From NCBI GenBank assembly GCA_038060895.1, contig JBBTCT010000022.1, positions 409,077 through 462,055 on the forward strand: a DNA stretch of 52,979 nucleotides. Direction: 5' to 3'. Source of the DNA: Planctomycetota bacterium (GTDB lineage: Bacteria > Planctomycetota > MHYJ01 > WSZJ01). Numbering within the stretch: the stretch's first letter is position 1; the number at the start of each line of letters is the position of its first letter. The position numbers and the translations under genes are program-made. The notes under the pieces were generated by a model. The model searched no databases, was not told the DNA's origin, and saw only the letters and a program-made list of their open reading frames with translations. Below, in pieces: positions 30,419-39,625 of this stretch.

Positions 30419-30886
30419 CTACTGTTTCGGGACAATCTGGACATCCGAAATCTTCCAGACTCCGTCGACCCGGCGCATCGTCGCGTGGTGGGTCCAGCGC
30501 AGTTTTTCGTCCGGGGCGAACCATTCGCCGCCGCCGAACATCCATATGAACACGACTTCAAGGGCCTTCCTGCGATCCTCGTATGTGATGGTGACTTCGG
30601 CGCTGAGAGTGATCGAGTCGCCGCGGGCGGACCATGAGTTCCGTTCGATGTCGACGGACTTGATGCGAAATTTCTTCGTCGGCGCCGGGGGTCCCCCGAC
30701 CCGCGGGCTCCAGCCCTGCGGAGCCTTGTGCTCGAGCATATCCCGCGCGGCCTGGAAGTTGCCCGAGTGGATGTTCCCCGCGAAGACTTTGTAGGTGTTT
30801 ACCGCCGATTCATCGACGGGGTCGGAGCAACCGGTGAGGGTCATGAGAGCGAAAGGGAGCAGGAGGAGTGCGGCGGAAGATTTCAT
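30419..30886 (-). CDS. Hypothetical lipoprotein, NTF2-like fold possible
   Basis: Lipobox LTGC; C-terminal MRRVDGVWKI; SD gagga. Confidence 0.7.
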   Translation of the reverse strand: MKSSAALLLLPFALMTLTGCSDPVDESAVNTYKVFAGNIHSGNFQAARDMLEHKAPQGWSPRVGGPPAPTKKFRIKSVDIERNSWSARGDSITLSAEVTITYEDRRKALEVVFIWMFGGGEWFAPDEKLRWTHHATMRRVDGVWKISDVQIVPKQ

Positions 30887-30894
30887 AGTTCCTC

Positions 30895-30918
30895 ATGTGA
30901 GTGAATGTTCACTCACAT
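30895..30918. promoter_or_regulatory. Palindromic operator-like site ATGTGAGTGAA-tg-TTCACTCACAT
   Basis: Perfect 11-bp arms with a 2-bp spacer, AT-rich, directly upstream of the lipoprotein start (30886). Confidence 0.7.
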
Positions 30919-31067
30919 TATCAGACATGCTGATCCCGAAGTCAAGTCCCCGAGACACGGCGGCCTGCCTTGATGGTCACAAGTTATTGACGCATAACGA
31001 CTTGAGGAATCGAATCAATTCTGGATTCGTTCACGATTCCAGATCCCTACCCCCTACTCATCACTCC

Positions 31068-31856
31068 CTACTTCGCTTCCGCCATCATCCACGCCGCCAC
31101 CTTCCTCGCCTTCACATCCACCACGATCAGGTAGTACTCGCCCAGGAAACCGCTCACTCCCTCCCCGCGCTTCCGGATCCCGCGCAGGTGAATCGGCCTG
31201 AGCCCCTTGCCGCCCTTCAACCCTCGCCACCCCGGATTGACGAGTTCCTGCTTCCATGTTTTCGCAAAGAGATCGAACGCGCTCTGCCCCTTGGCGAGCG
31301 GCGCACCGAATTCGATCTCGATGTCCTCGAACCCTGCGTTGGTTTTCCAGGTCCAGACGCCGGGGCGCCACTCGTACAGGGCGGCGAGGACTTCGCTCAC
31401 GACTCCCGAGGCTTCATCCTCGTAAACGAGCGTGAAGACTTCCGACGTCACGCGGTGCGGGCCGACCTCGAGGAAGGGCGCCTCCGTGGACGCCGCGGGC
31501 GGCTTGTCGGCCGAGGGCGTCGCGGTTCCCGGTCCCAGGTCCACCGGGATCGCGAACGGCAGCGGCTCCGCGGGCTTCGCCCGGGGCGGCGGCACCGCGA
31601 TCGGCTGGATCTCCTGCACCTCCGCGCGCCGCGCCACCAGCGGAGCCCACGTGTACGGCGGATCCGGCGGCACCGTGCACGCCCAGTCTGCGCCGCACAC
31701 ACGGCAGCGGTACCGCTCCCGCTGCGTCTCAACGCCGTCCGTCCCCACGTACCGGAACGCCGGCGAAACGCGGATGTCACCCATGAAGTCGTCCGCGTCG
31801 CTCGCCCGCTTGAACGTCCGCGGCGGAAAATCCTTCTCGCAGGTGCAGACGCTCAT
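31068..31856 (-). CDS. Hypothetical protein with an N-terminal CxC...CxxC domain, Pro-rich linker and C-terminal domain
   Basis: MSVCTC...RCRVCG..W; ATGA overlap with the upstream paralog. Confidence 0.7.
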   Translation of the reverse strand: MSVCTCEKDFPPRTFKRASDADDFMGDIRVSPAFRYVGTDGVETQRERYRCRVCGADWACTVPPDPPYTWAPLVARRAEVQEIQPIAVPPPRAKPAEPLPFAIPVDLGPGTATPSADKPPAASTEAPFLEVGPHRVTSEVFTLVYEDEASGVVSEVLAALYEWRPGVWTWKTNAGFEDIEIEFGAPLAKGQSAFDLFAKTWKQELVNPGWRGLKGGKGLRPIHLRGIRKRGEGVSGFLGEYYLIVVDVKARKVAAWMMAEAK

Positions 31857-32134
31857 CGGCGCCTCTTCAGGAGTATGTGCTGCGTGTCATGATCCGGCTT
31901 CTTCTCCTCCTCCTGCACCGGATGCCCTTCAGGGCGCCAGTGAAAGGGGGGCTTGTCCTGAAGAGTCCACGACCACACCTGTCCGCAGCGGCGGCAGCCG
32001 AAGCGCAGGCCGTCGCGGTCGAGCTGCATGAAGTTCGTGGAGAAGCGGACGCGGGACGAGTACTCGTCGGCGTCGCGGAGGCGCTGGAAGTCGCGGGGGG
32101 GGAAGTCGGAGTAGCAGAGGCAGCGGACGCTCAT
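31853..32134 (-). CDS. Small CxC...CxxC protein (93 aa), paralog of the N-domain of the downstream gene
   Basis: MSVRCLCYSDFPPRDF...GCRRCGQVW; aligns with 31068..31856. Confidence 0.7.
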   Translation of the reverse strand: MSVRCLCYSDFPPRDFQRLRDADEYSSRVRFSTNFMQLDRDGLRFGCRRCGQVWSWTLQDKPPFHWRPEGHPVQEEEKKPDHDTQHILLKRRR

Positions 32135-32213
32135 AGCCCGCTGATTATGCGCCGGACGGAGCGCACGAAAAAGATGTTGAGTCACCGGCGTCCGGCGGCG
32201 TTGAATCTCCGGC

Positions 32214-32573
32214 ATGAAATCGCTCGCAATTCTCGTAGTGGCTTCGGCGCTGGCCGGGTGTGCGACCGCCCCCCCGAAGGAACGGCTGGAAGTGAGGCAC
32301 CTCGCGGCGGGGGAGGAGGCGATGGAGGATCTCGTCTGTGTCTCGGTTGAGATCGGGTCGCAGGTGCGGGTGGTGCTGCGAAACAAGCGCGACACCGATC
32401 GGGCGATCGTCTGGTTTCCGCGGTGGCGATCCAACGACGGCTATTCGATCAAGTCGCCCGCCGAACGAGTTCGCGAACTGCTGGTGCCGGCGAATGGAGA
32501 AGCGGCGATCGTGGCGCAGCCGCCGTCGGCCGAGGCACGGCAGTTTGAGGTGCTGATTGGGGATAGACCGTGA
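32214..32573 (+). CDS. Lipoprotein, YcfL/DUF1425-like
   Basis: Lipobox LAGC; VVLRN...W...W.SNDG...AQPPSAEARQF pattern resembles YcfL. Confidence 0.65.
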   Translation: MKSLAILVVASALAGCATAPPKERLEVRHLAAGEEAMEDLVCVSVEIGSQVRVVLRNKRDTDRAIVWFPRWRSNDGYSIKSPAERVRELLVPANGEAAIVAQPPSAEARQFEVLIGDRP

Positions 32574-32638
32574 GTGCAGTTTGGAGTCGGGAGTAGTGAG
32601 TAGGAGGTAGGCGGTAGGAACGACCAGGATGGACCAGG

Positions 32639-35200
32639 TCACGCCAGGGTGATGAGGCCGGAGTCGCCGTCGACCGTCAGCGACTGTCCGTCCTTGACCA
32701 GGTCGAGAAGACCCGGGACGTTGACGACCGCGGGGAGGCCGTACTCGCGCGCTACGATCGCGCCATGCGAGAGCATGCCGCCTACTTCCATGACTACGGC
32801 GGAGGCTCGGAGGAAGAGGGGCGTCCACCCGGGATCGGTGGACGGCGCCACTAGAATGTCGCCCTGTTTCAGTTTTGCGCCGTCGGCGGGATGGCGGACT
32901 ACGCGCGCGATGCCCGACACAACACCTGCGGACACGGCCAGCCCCTTGAGGACGTTTCCTCGCGGAGTCGGCGCGGCTGTTCGGGGCGCGTGCGCCGAAC
33001 CGTCCTCCCGGATCGCGTCCGGCGGCCGCTCCTTCTCCCATTTCGCCATCTGCGCCTTGCGGTCCGCGACCAGCGTGAGCATCGCGCGCCCGTCCCACTC
33101 GTCACGAAGCCACGCTTCCATCTCGGGCCACGCGAGATGAAAGACGTCCTGCGGGCGATTCGCGCATTTCGCCGCGACGAGGCGGCGGCCGCACTCGAGG
33201 AGGGCGCGGCGAAGAGGCTCGATCTGCGCGATCAGCGCGGACTTCGCGCGCTCGCGGAGGGCCGCCCCTTCCCGAGCGCGCCGCGCCAGCCAGTTCACCT
33301 GCGGCCGCCGCCAGAACGTGGCTCGCTTCACTTCGCGCTCCGCCGCCTCGCGCCGCTCCTTCGCCGCTTCGGCCGGACGGCGCCCCTGTCCGTCGAGAAT
33401 GGCGCGGACCTGCTCGAGGAGCCACGACGGGTCCTCGTTCCAGCGTGGCGTCGCGACTTCGGCCTCGTAGACGGCGCGGTGGCCGAAATCGGCGAGGAAG
33501 CGCACGAATTCGCGGCGAAAGGGCGACGCCTCGGGGAGGGAGCTCCAGCCGAGCGGCACAAAGGGTTCGCGCTTCAGCCACTCCATCGCCGCGGCGTCGC
33601 CCCGGGCGGCGTCGGCGACGTCGAAGAGTCGGGTGCCCTGCTGGGCGGAGACGACGTTACCGGAGCCGGCGACGAGGGCGGAGGAGATGGCGATGCCGCG
33701 GCCGGGGGCGACCTTTTCGAGGAGTTTCTCGAGCTCGGCCTGCCAGGCGAGGGCGGAAGCGGTGTACATGAACGGCTCGCCGAAGGCGACCTGGACGAGG
33801 GAGATGCGGACGAGGAGGTCGAGGAGTCCGTTCTTGGTGAGCGGCGCGGGATCCACCGCGAGGAGTTCCTTCGACTGGCGGAACACCTTGTCGATTTCCG
33901 GCGGGACAATTTTCGGGAGCTTGAGGAGCAGGCGCGCGGCCTTGAGGAGCCGCCAGAGGCGCGCCCGGCCCTTGCGGCCGCGAAATGGATTTCCGGGCGG
34001 GACCGGAATCTCGCCGTGGTGTCCCCCCATGCCGCGGTTCGACTCGGCCGGGAGCGAGCCGAAGCAGTCGTAGAACGCCCACTGAAGCGACGTCGAGTCG
34101 AAATAACCGCGGCCCGAGAAGCGCCGGACGACCTCGGTGCCTGCGGGAACCGGGAACCCGATCCGCTTCGGATATGACCACAGCATCATGCGAAGCGCGT
34201 TCTGGATGCACGACCAGGACATCGTGGTCATCACGAACGGCACGGCGTCCTTGATGTTGGCGTTCGACCAGATGGTGGGAAGGTGCGCGGCGCCGTCGAA
34301 CGTCACGCGGGGCACGCGGGTGACGGGACGGGCCTGGAGGAGGTGGAATCGCCTTCCGTCGAAGACCCATTCGATGTCCTGCGGGTCCTGCCCGTCGCCG
34401 AGAGCGTAAGCGGCGCGGAGGGCGACGCGCGAGAGGGCGAGAGTCTGCGCGTCGTCGAGAGTGGGCGGACCGGAGCGCGCTTCCACGGAAAGCCCGAGGT
34501 GCGTCAGCGCTACCGTGATCTCCTCGGGGTTCACGGCGCCGCTCACGACCGCCTCTCCGGCGCCCTTCGTCGCGCTGATGACGATCGCGTCGCGCCGCCC
34601 CGTCCGGGGATCGCAGGTGAACGCGACGCCGGCGGACTTCGCGGCGACCATGCGGCAGACGACGACCGCGCAGGCGACGTCGTCGTCGGGGACGAGGAAG
34701 CGGCGCCGGTACGCGAGGGCCTGGGGGGTCCAGAGCGAGGAGTAGACCTCGCGGACGGCCCGGACGACGTCGTCGGCGCCGCGGACGCCCAGAACGGTGC
34801 GGTGCACGCCCGCGAACGAAGTCGAGCCGCCGTCCTCGGCGGTGGCGCTCGAGCGCACGGCCACGAGCCCGAGGCCGCCCCACTTCAGCGAATGACGCAG
34901 TGCGTCAACGGCCGCGGCGGGAAGCGGCGCCGCTTCCATGGTGGTGCGCAGGAACTGCAGGCGTCCGGCGACGTCGGCGGACGCCGCTTCGTCCGCCCCT
35001 GTCTTTGCGAACTCGCCCGCCAGCCGCTTCAGCGCCCCGGTTCCCGTGAACTCCCGGTAAACGTCCGCCGACAGCACGAACCCGTCCGGCACGTTGAACC
35101 CGTAACGGGCGAGCCGCCCGAGGTTCCATCCTTTTCCGCCGGCGAGGCGAGGGCCGGCGCGGAATGCGTCGTCCCAGGAGAGGGTCGGGGGGGAAGGCAC
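32639..35200 (-). CDS. PEP-utilising enzyme with rifampicin phosphotransferase-like architecture (ATP-grasp, central domain, His-swivel)
   Basis: GGKG..L, VAVRSSATAEDG..SFAG, QDIEW, LLQARPVT, TDPGWTPLF, SHGAIVAREYG; GTG start inferred at 35200. Confidence 0.88.
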   Translation of the reverse strand: MPSPPTLSWDDAFRAGPRLAGGKGWNLGRLARYGFNVPDGFVLSADVYREFTGTGALKRLAGEFAKTGADEAASADVAGRLQFLRTTMEAAPLPAAAVDALRHSLKWGGLGLVAVRSSATAEDGGSTSFAGVHRTVLGVRGADDVVRAVREVYSSLWTPQALAYRRRFLVPDDDVACAVVVCRMVAAKSAGVAFTCDPRTGRRDAIVISATKGAGEAVVSGAVNPEEITVALTHLGLSVEARSGPPTLDDAQTLALSRVALRAAYALGDGQDPQDIEWVFDGRRFHLLQARPVTRVPRVTFDGAAHLPTIWSNANIKDAVPFVMTTMSWSCIQNALRMMLWSYPKRIGFPVPAGTEVVRRFSGRGYFDSTSLQWAFYDCFGSLPAESNRGMGGHHGEIPVPPGNPFRGRKGRARLWRLLKAARLLLKLPKIVPPEIDKVFRQSKELLAVDPAPLTKNGLLDLLVRISLVQVAFGEPFMYTASALAWQAELEKLLEKVAPGRGIAISSALVAGSGNVVSAQQGTRLFDVADAARGDAAAMEWLKREPFVPLGWSSLPEASPFRREFVRFLADFGHRAVYEAEVATPRWNEDPSWLLEQVRAILDGQGRRPAEAAKERREAAEREVKRATFWRRPQVNWLARRAREGAALRERAKSALIAQIEPLRRALLECGRRLVAAKCANRPQDVFHLAWPEMEAWLRDEWDGRAMLTLVADRKAQMAKWEKERPPDAIREDGSAHAPRTAAPTPRGNVLKGLAVSAGVVSGIARVVRHPADGAKLKQGDILVAPSTDPGWTPLFLRASAVVMEVGGMLSHGAIVAREYGLPAVVNVPGLLDLVKDGQSLTVDGDSGLITLA

Positions 35201-35342
35201 GCGGCGATTGTAGCCACGGGTTTGACGGGATACCTTCGGGGGCTGGAAGTTGCCCCTTCGAGTTTCCTTGATAGTTGCCGTCTTGAAAGTTGAAGGTTCG
35301 CGGTAAGATTCCCACCCCACCCCGGGAGAAGCCCCAAGCGCG

Positions 35343-36350
35343 ATGTCCATCCCGTCCGACGACAAATTCCGCAAGCTCGTGCGCAAGATGCTCTTCATGA
35401 CCGACGAGCAACTGGAGAACCTCCGCTCGCTTCAGCTGGAGGCCTCGACTGCCGGCGCGAAGCTGTCGCTGTTCGAGATCGCCTACAGCGACGCGGTGCT
35501 GACGCAGGACCAGCTCGACAAGGTGCAGCTCGCCGGCGAGTACACGGACATGCTCGAGGAGGAGCGGCGCATCGGGGCGCTGGCCGTCAAGAAAGGGCTC
35601 GCGAGCGACGAGGAAATCGCGATCTGCATCGACTCGCAGAAATACGAATTCGCTTCGCAGCGCGCCATTCCGCGGCGCCTGACCGAAATCATGGTTGAAG
35701 CGGAGATCCTGACGGAGGAAACGTCCACGGGGCTGATGCTCGAGTACGCCGAGCGCCCGGCGCCGGCGTCGCCGGGCGCCGCGCCGGCAACGCGAAAGGC
35801 ATCCTCGGCGAGCATGAAGTCGGTGCGTCCCGGGACGGACCCGACGGTTCCGTACGACACGAAGCGGCTGGAGGAAGTGGAGGCGATGGCGGAGCAGGTG
35901 GATGTGCCGCCGGATCTTGCGCCTGACGAGGACACGCAGCACAACGTGGAGCCCGACGCGTCGCCGGCGATGGACACTCCGGTCCAGGGTTCGGACCCGG
36001 CGATCCGGTCGGCGGCGCCCGGCAGGAATTACAGCACGGAAGGCGTCACGCGCCGGTTGACGGCGCGACTGGTTCTCGAGACCGGTGAGTTGGCGGGGCG
36101 CAGCGTGCCGCTGACGGGCCGCGGCCGGATCGGGCGCCAGATGGGATGCATGGTGCGGATCGACGACAGCCGCGCGAGTCGCGAGCACGCGCAGGTCGAC
36201 TACGACCCGCAGCTCAAGCACCACTTCGTGACGGATCTCGAGAGCCGCAACGGGACGTACGTCAACGACACGAAAATCTCCGAAGCGACGGTGCTGAATC
36301 CCGGGGACACGATCCGCATCGGGGATACGGTCATGAGGTATGAAGCGTAG
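35343..36350 (+). CDS. FHA domain protein with an N-terminal helical domain
   Basis: IGR...SREHA...DLESRNGTYVN...LNPGDTIRIG. Confidence 0.88.
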   Translation: MSIPSDDKFRKLVRKMLFMTDEQLENLRSLQLEASTAGAKLSLFEIAYSDAVLTQDQLDKVQLAGEYTDMLEEERRIGALAVKKGLASDEEIAICIDSQKYEFASQRAIPRRLTEIMVEAEILTEETSTGLMLEYAERPAPASPGAAPATRKASSASMKSVRPGTDPTVPYDTKRLEEVEAMAEQVDVPPDLAPDEDTQHNVEPDASPAMDTPVQGSDPAIRSAAPGRNYSTEGVTRRLTARLVLETGELAGRSVPLTGRGRIGRQMGCMVRIDDSRASREHAQVDYDPQLKHHFVTDLESRNGTYVNDTKISEATVLNPGDTIRIGDTVMRYEA

Positions 36351-36366
36351 CCGCCGGAGGAACCTG

Positions 36367-36500
36367 CAACTTCAACGTTTCAATTCTCAAGCAACCGGCA
36401 ACTTCAAAAGGAGAACTTCAAGAGCCCAGAACCTCGCGATGGAGCTTGAAGTTGTCCGTTTGAAGTTGCCGGTTGCTTGAGAATTGAAACGTTGAAGTTG
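36367..36500. repeat. Perfect 42-bp inverted repeat between convergent genes (bidirectional terminator-like or MITE-like)
   Basis: 36367-36408 caacttcaacgtttcaattctcaagcaaccggcaacttcaaa is the exact reverse complement of 36459-36500. Confidence 0.92.
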
Positions 36501-36546
36501 TAGTTGTAATTGCCGGTTTGACGCGCCGCGTAGCGGCGCGTCTCTA

Positions 36547-36978
36547 CTACTCTTCCTCCTTCTTGCGGAAGAAGTACTGATCCACCGCGAACTTCCCCGG
36601 CCCGATCAAGAGCAGCAGGACCGCGATGGCAAGGTAGAGCAGCGCCTTCTCCGAGTCCTGCGACGCCGACTTGATGGTCGCGAACGCATCTCCATGCCCG
36701 ATGTGTTTCGAGGCCTGCAGCGCCATCGTGCATCCGATGGCAAGCGAGGCGAGGGGAGTGAGCAGCCCGAGTATCCACAGGGCGCCGCCGCCGAATTCCG
36801 CGATGACCGTTGCGGCCTGGATCATGCCGGGAATGTCCGATCCCATCCACTCCGTCGGGTGTGAGAGCTTGGGCCCGCCGTGGAACATGAACGCGGCGCC
36901 GGCGACGACCCGGATCGTGAGCAGGCCCAGGGAAGCGCGGGCGCCGGGGGCGGCGGGGAAGAGCAGGTCGCGAAACAT
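36547..36978 (-). CDS. DoxX family membrane protein
   Basis: LLTIRV..G..F.FHG..KL, AEFGGG..ILGLLT, IGPGKFAVD; SD ggagg. Confidence 0.88.
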   Translation of the reverse strand: MFRDLLFPAAPGARASLGLLTIRVVAGAAFMFHGGPKLSHPTEWMGSDIPGMIQAATVIAEFGGGALWILGLLTPLASLAIGCTMALQASKHIGHGDAFATIKSASQDSEKALLYLAIAVLLLLIGPGKFAVDQYFFRKKEEE

Positions 36979-37078
36979 GGAACCTCCGGAAAGGAAGGGG
37001 TGCGTCCCATGGTGCCCGAGCCGGGCGCGGCGCGAAAGTGAGAAAGGACTTTATGAACTTGGCGTAATCTCAACCCCC

Positions 37079-37750
37079 ATGTGGAAGACCCCTTCCGGAG
37101 ATCGCCGCCTCCAGGGCCTGGAGCGGCGGCTCTTCCTCACCGGCGCCGTCGCGCTGGAGGAACTTCTGCGCGTCGCGATCCAGACCGACGACGACGTCGC
37201 GGTCGGGGTGGCGCCGTTCGACGGGCTGGCGCTCGACCGCCGGCGGTGGCTGCTGCTGCAAGTCGCGGTCGCGCTCGGCGGCGACGGGCCCGCGCCGGAG
37301 CTGAACGCGCTCTCCGAGTCGGCCGTGATGGCGGTGTTCTTCATGGTGCGGATCAACGTGGGCGCCGAGGCAGGCGTCGAATCGGCGTCCTCCGACGTGC
37401 GAGCCCGGTGGCGCCACCTCGTGCGCGACGCATGGATGGACCGCTGCTCCGACCAGACGCGCCGCTACGACAGGGACGAGGGATACCGGCAGGCCGAGTC
37501 TTCCTACAACTACCAGGAGTGGAGCGACAAGCTCGAGGACCTCGCCGACCTCATCCTCTGGGACCGCGACTTCGAACTCGATGAGTCCGTCGCCGACCGC
37601 GATCCGCGCCGCGCCGCCGACGCGCGCCACGCGCTCGGAATCGACTCCGGCTACTTTCGCTCCGTCCCAGAGCCGCCGGGAGAAGGGGAGTGCAAGGAAC
37701 TGGAAGATATGTTTGAGCTGTACCGGTGCGAGGTAGAAGAGGCGAAGTGA
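37079..37750 (+). CDS. Hypothetical protein
   Basis: ATG at 37079; MWKTPSGDRRL...LADLILWDRDFE...LGIDSGYF; codon usage typical of the window. Confidence 0.7.
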   Translation: MWKTPSGDRRLQGLERRLFLTGAVALEELLRVAIQTDDDVAVGVAPFDGLALDRRRWLLLQVAVALGGDGPAPELNALSESAVMAVFFMVRINVGAEAGVESASSDVRARWRHLVRDAWMDRCSDQTRRYDRDEGYRQAESSYNYQEWSDKLEDLADLILWDRDFELDESVADRDPRRAADARHALGIDSGYFRSVPEPPGEGECKELEDMFELYRCEVEEAK

Positions 37751-37758
37751 GGACGCCC

Positions 37759-39603
37759 TCAAGCAACGCTCTCCCCCCCGGCGGATTTGGCCCCTTGAAG
37801 CTGTTCCTCGGCGCGATAGATGGCCGACTCCGCCGTTTCGCCGGGCCTCCATTCCACCACGCCCGCGGAGAGCGAGATCCCCGGGGCCTCCTCGAGTTCC
37901 GGGGACTCCAGGTGCTGCGCGGTGCGCTCGGCCACGGCCAGGCCCTCCTCCGCGCGGCAGGCCGGCAGGATCACAAGGAAGTCTTCTCCCGACCAGCGGA
38001 TGACGGTGTCTCCCTCCCGGGCCATCCGGGCGAGCGTCTCGGCCGTCCGCTTCAGCAGCTGGTCCCCGGCGTCGCTTCCGTGATCGCGATTCACGAAGCG
38101 CAGGCCCTCGACGTCGAAGAGCGCGAGGCAGAGCGGCTCCCCGGTCCGGGCGGCTCTTCCGATTTCCCTCTCCAGCGCATCGAGCCCGGCGCGGCGGTTG
38201 GGGAGGTTGGTGAGCGGGTCGACGCACGAGAAGCGCCGGCGCAGTTCGCTCAGCTCGACCTCGGCCGAGATGTCGGAGAGGAGCGCGAGCTGGCCGATGC
38301 CGGAGGGGAGCATGACGGGGCGGCTCACCCACCTGATTGTGCGCGGTCGTGGCCGGGCGAAGGCAAATTCCCCTCGGCTGACGTGCGGGCCCGAGGCGGT
38401 GATGCGGATGCGGCGCAGGAAGTCGTCGGAATTCTCGACGAGCGCGCACACGTGGCTCACGAGCTGTTCGCGCGTCATTTCCTGGAGGTGCGAGGGCGTC
38501 CCATCCAGCATTTCGGCGGCCGCAGCGTTCACGTAGGTCACGCGCCGCTGCGCATCCATCAGGACCACCCCGGACTCCAGGCTCTCCAGCGCCGTGCGTG
38601 CCGCCGCCAGCGTCGCCATGAGCGTCGCTGGTCCTCCGTCCGCCCCCAGCGCGCTTCCGAACCGGTCCGCGTCCTCGGCTGACCTCTTCGCAACTTCACG
38701 GATTTCCAGTTCGCCGGCGACCCGGCGGGCGAAGGCGCCCAGGGTGTCCATTTCGGCTGCGAGGATGTTGAGCCGTTCGGTGGAAGCGACGGCGAGGCTT
38801 CCCAGAGTTTCGCCGGTGGGCGAGATCACGGGTGCGCCCGCGTATCCGCGCACATGCCCGTCCTTGACCAGACGATTGCCTGCGAAAACCGGGTTGGTCG
38901 TCGCTTCCGGGACGACCAGCTCCTGGCCGCCCTCGGTCACGAAGCGGCAGAAGGGCCAGTCTCGCCCCGCGCGCGGCTCGGCGGCGAGCAGGCGGTCCAG
39001 CCCGGTGTGGGCGAGGAAGGAAGTCCGGTCCTGCAGCACGATGGACACGAGACAGGCCGGCGCACCCAGCGCTTGCGCGACTTCCTCGACCAGGCGTTGA
39101 AGCGTTGAGTCGTGCGGGAGCTCCCGGTCGACGCCGAGGCGCTCGATCCGGTTCATGCGCGTCGTCTCGCGCCGGCGCTCGCTCGAGCTGCGTCGGGACG
39201 GGTCCTCGGGATGATGGGCCGGCGCCGTCCGTGAGACGGCACGCCGGATCGCGGCGGCGGTCTCTTCAGGATCCAGGCGCGCGTCGAGCACGTCCGCGAG
39301 GCCGAGGGAGTCGCGCAGCGCCGAGGCCCCCAGGCAGAGCCGGCGGAAGGGGCTGCAGGCCAGCGCGGGAACCTCGTCCGGGCCAAACCGTTTTCTCAGT
39401 GCGCGCAGGACCTCGAATCCGTCGGCGCGAGGCAAGGACAGCCCGGCGATCACCAGCGCCGGCGCTTCCCGCGTTTCCAGCTGGCGCACGGCTTCGTCCC
39501 CGTCGCGCGTCGCCACGACCTCGAACCCCTCCATCTCCGCCGCACTTCGCCACGCATGCAGCCGGTACGGGTTGAATTCAGCCAGCAGGATGAAGGGTTT
39601 CAT
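37759..39603 (-). CDS. Pseudo-REC-GAF-PAS-GGDEF protein with a degenerate active site
   Basis: REC lacks the acidic residues (LLAEFN, LVIAGLSLP); GAF FCRFV...GYAGAP; DPLTNLPNRR; REGD...RWSGEDF. Confidence 0.85.
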   Translation of the reverse strand: MKPFILLAEFNPYRLHAWRSAAEMEGFEVVATRDGDEAVRQLETREAPALVIAGLSLPRADGFEVLRALRKRFGPDEVPALACSPFRRLCLGASALRDSLGLADVLDARLDPEETAAAIRRAVSRTAPAHHPEDPSRRSSSERRRETTRMNRIERLGVDRELPHDSTLQRLVEEVAQALGAPACLVSIVLQDRTSFLAHTGLDRLLAAEPRAGRDWPFCRFVTEGGQELVVPEATTNPVFAGNRLVKDGHVRGYAGAPVISPTGETLGSLAVASTERLNILAAEMDTLGAFARRVAGELEIREVAKRSAEDADRFGSALGADGGPATLMATLAAARTALESLESGVVLMDAQRRVTYVNAAAAEMLDGTPSHLQEMTREQLVSHVCALVENSDDFLRRIRITASGPHVSRGEFAFARPRPRTIRWVSRPVMLPSGIGQLALLSDISAEVELSELRRRFSCVDPLTNLPNRRAGLDALEREIGRAARTGEPLCLALFDVEGLRFVNRDHGSDAGDQLLKRTAETLARMAREGDTVIRWSGEDFLVILPACRAEEGLAVAERTAQHLESPELEEAPGISLSAGVVEWRPGETAESAIYRAEEQLQGAKSAGGESVA

Positions 39604-39625
39604 GGCTCGCCTCCGGTTCGGGGTG

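Noticed and set aside
32639-35398. 919-aa version of the ORF, and a firm ppsA or rph assignment
   Set aside because: The N-terminal extension overlaps the divergent FHA gene and a better start lies at 35200; domain order excludes PpsA and substrate specificity cannot be established.
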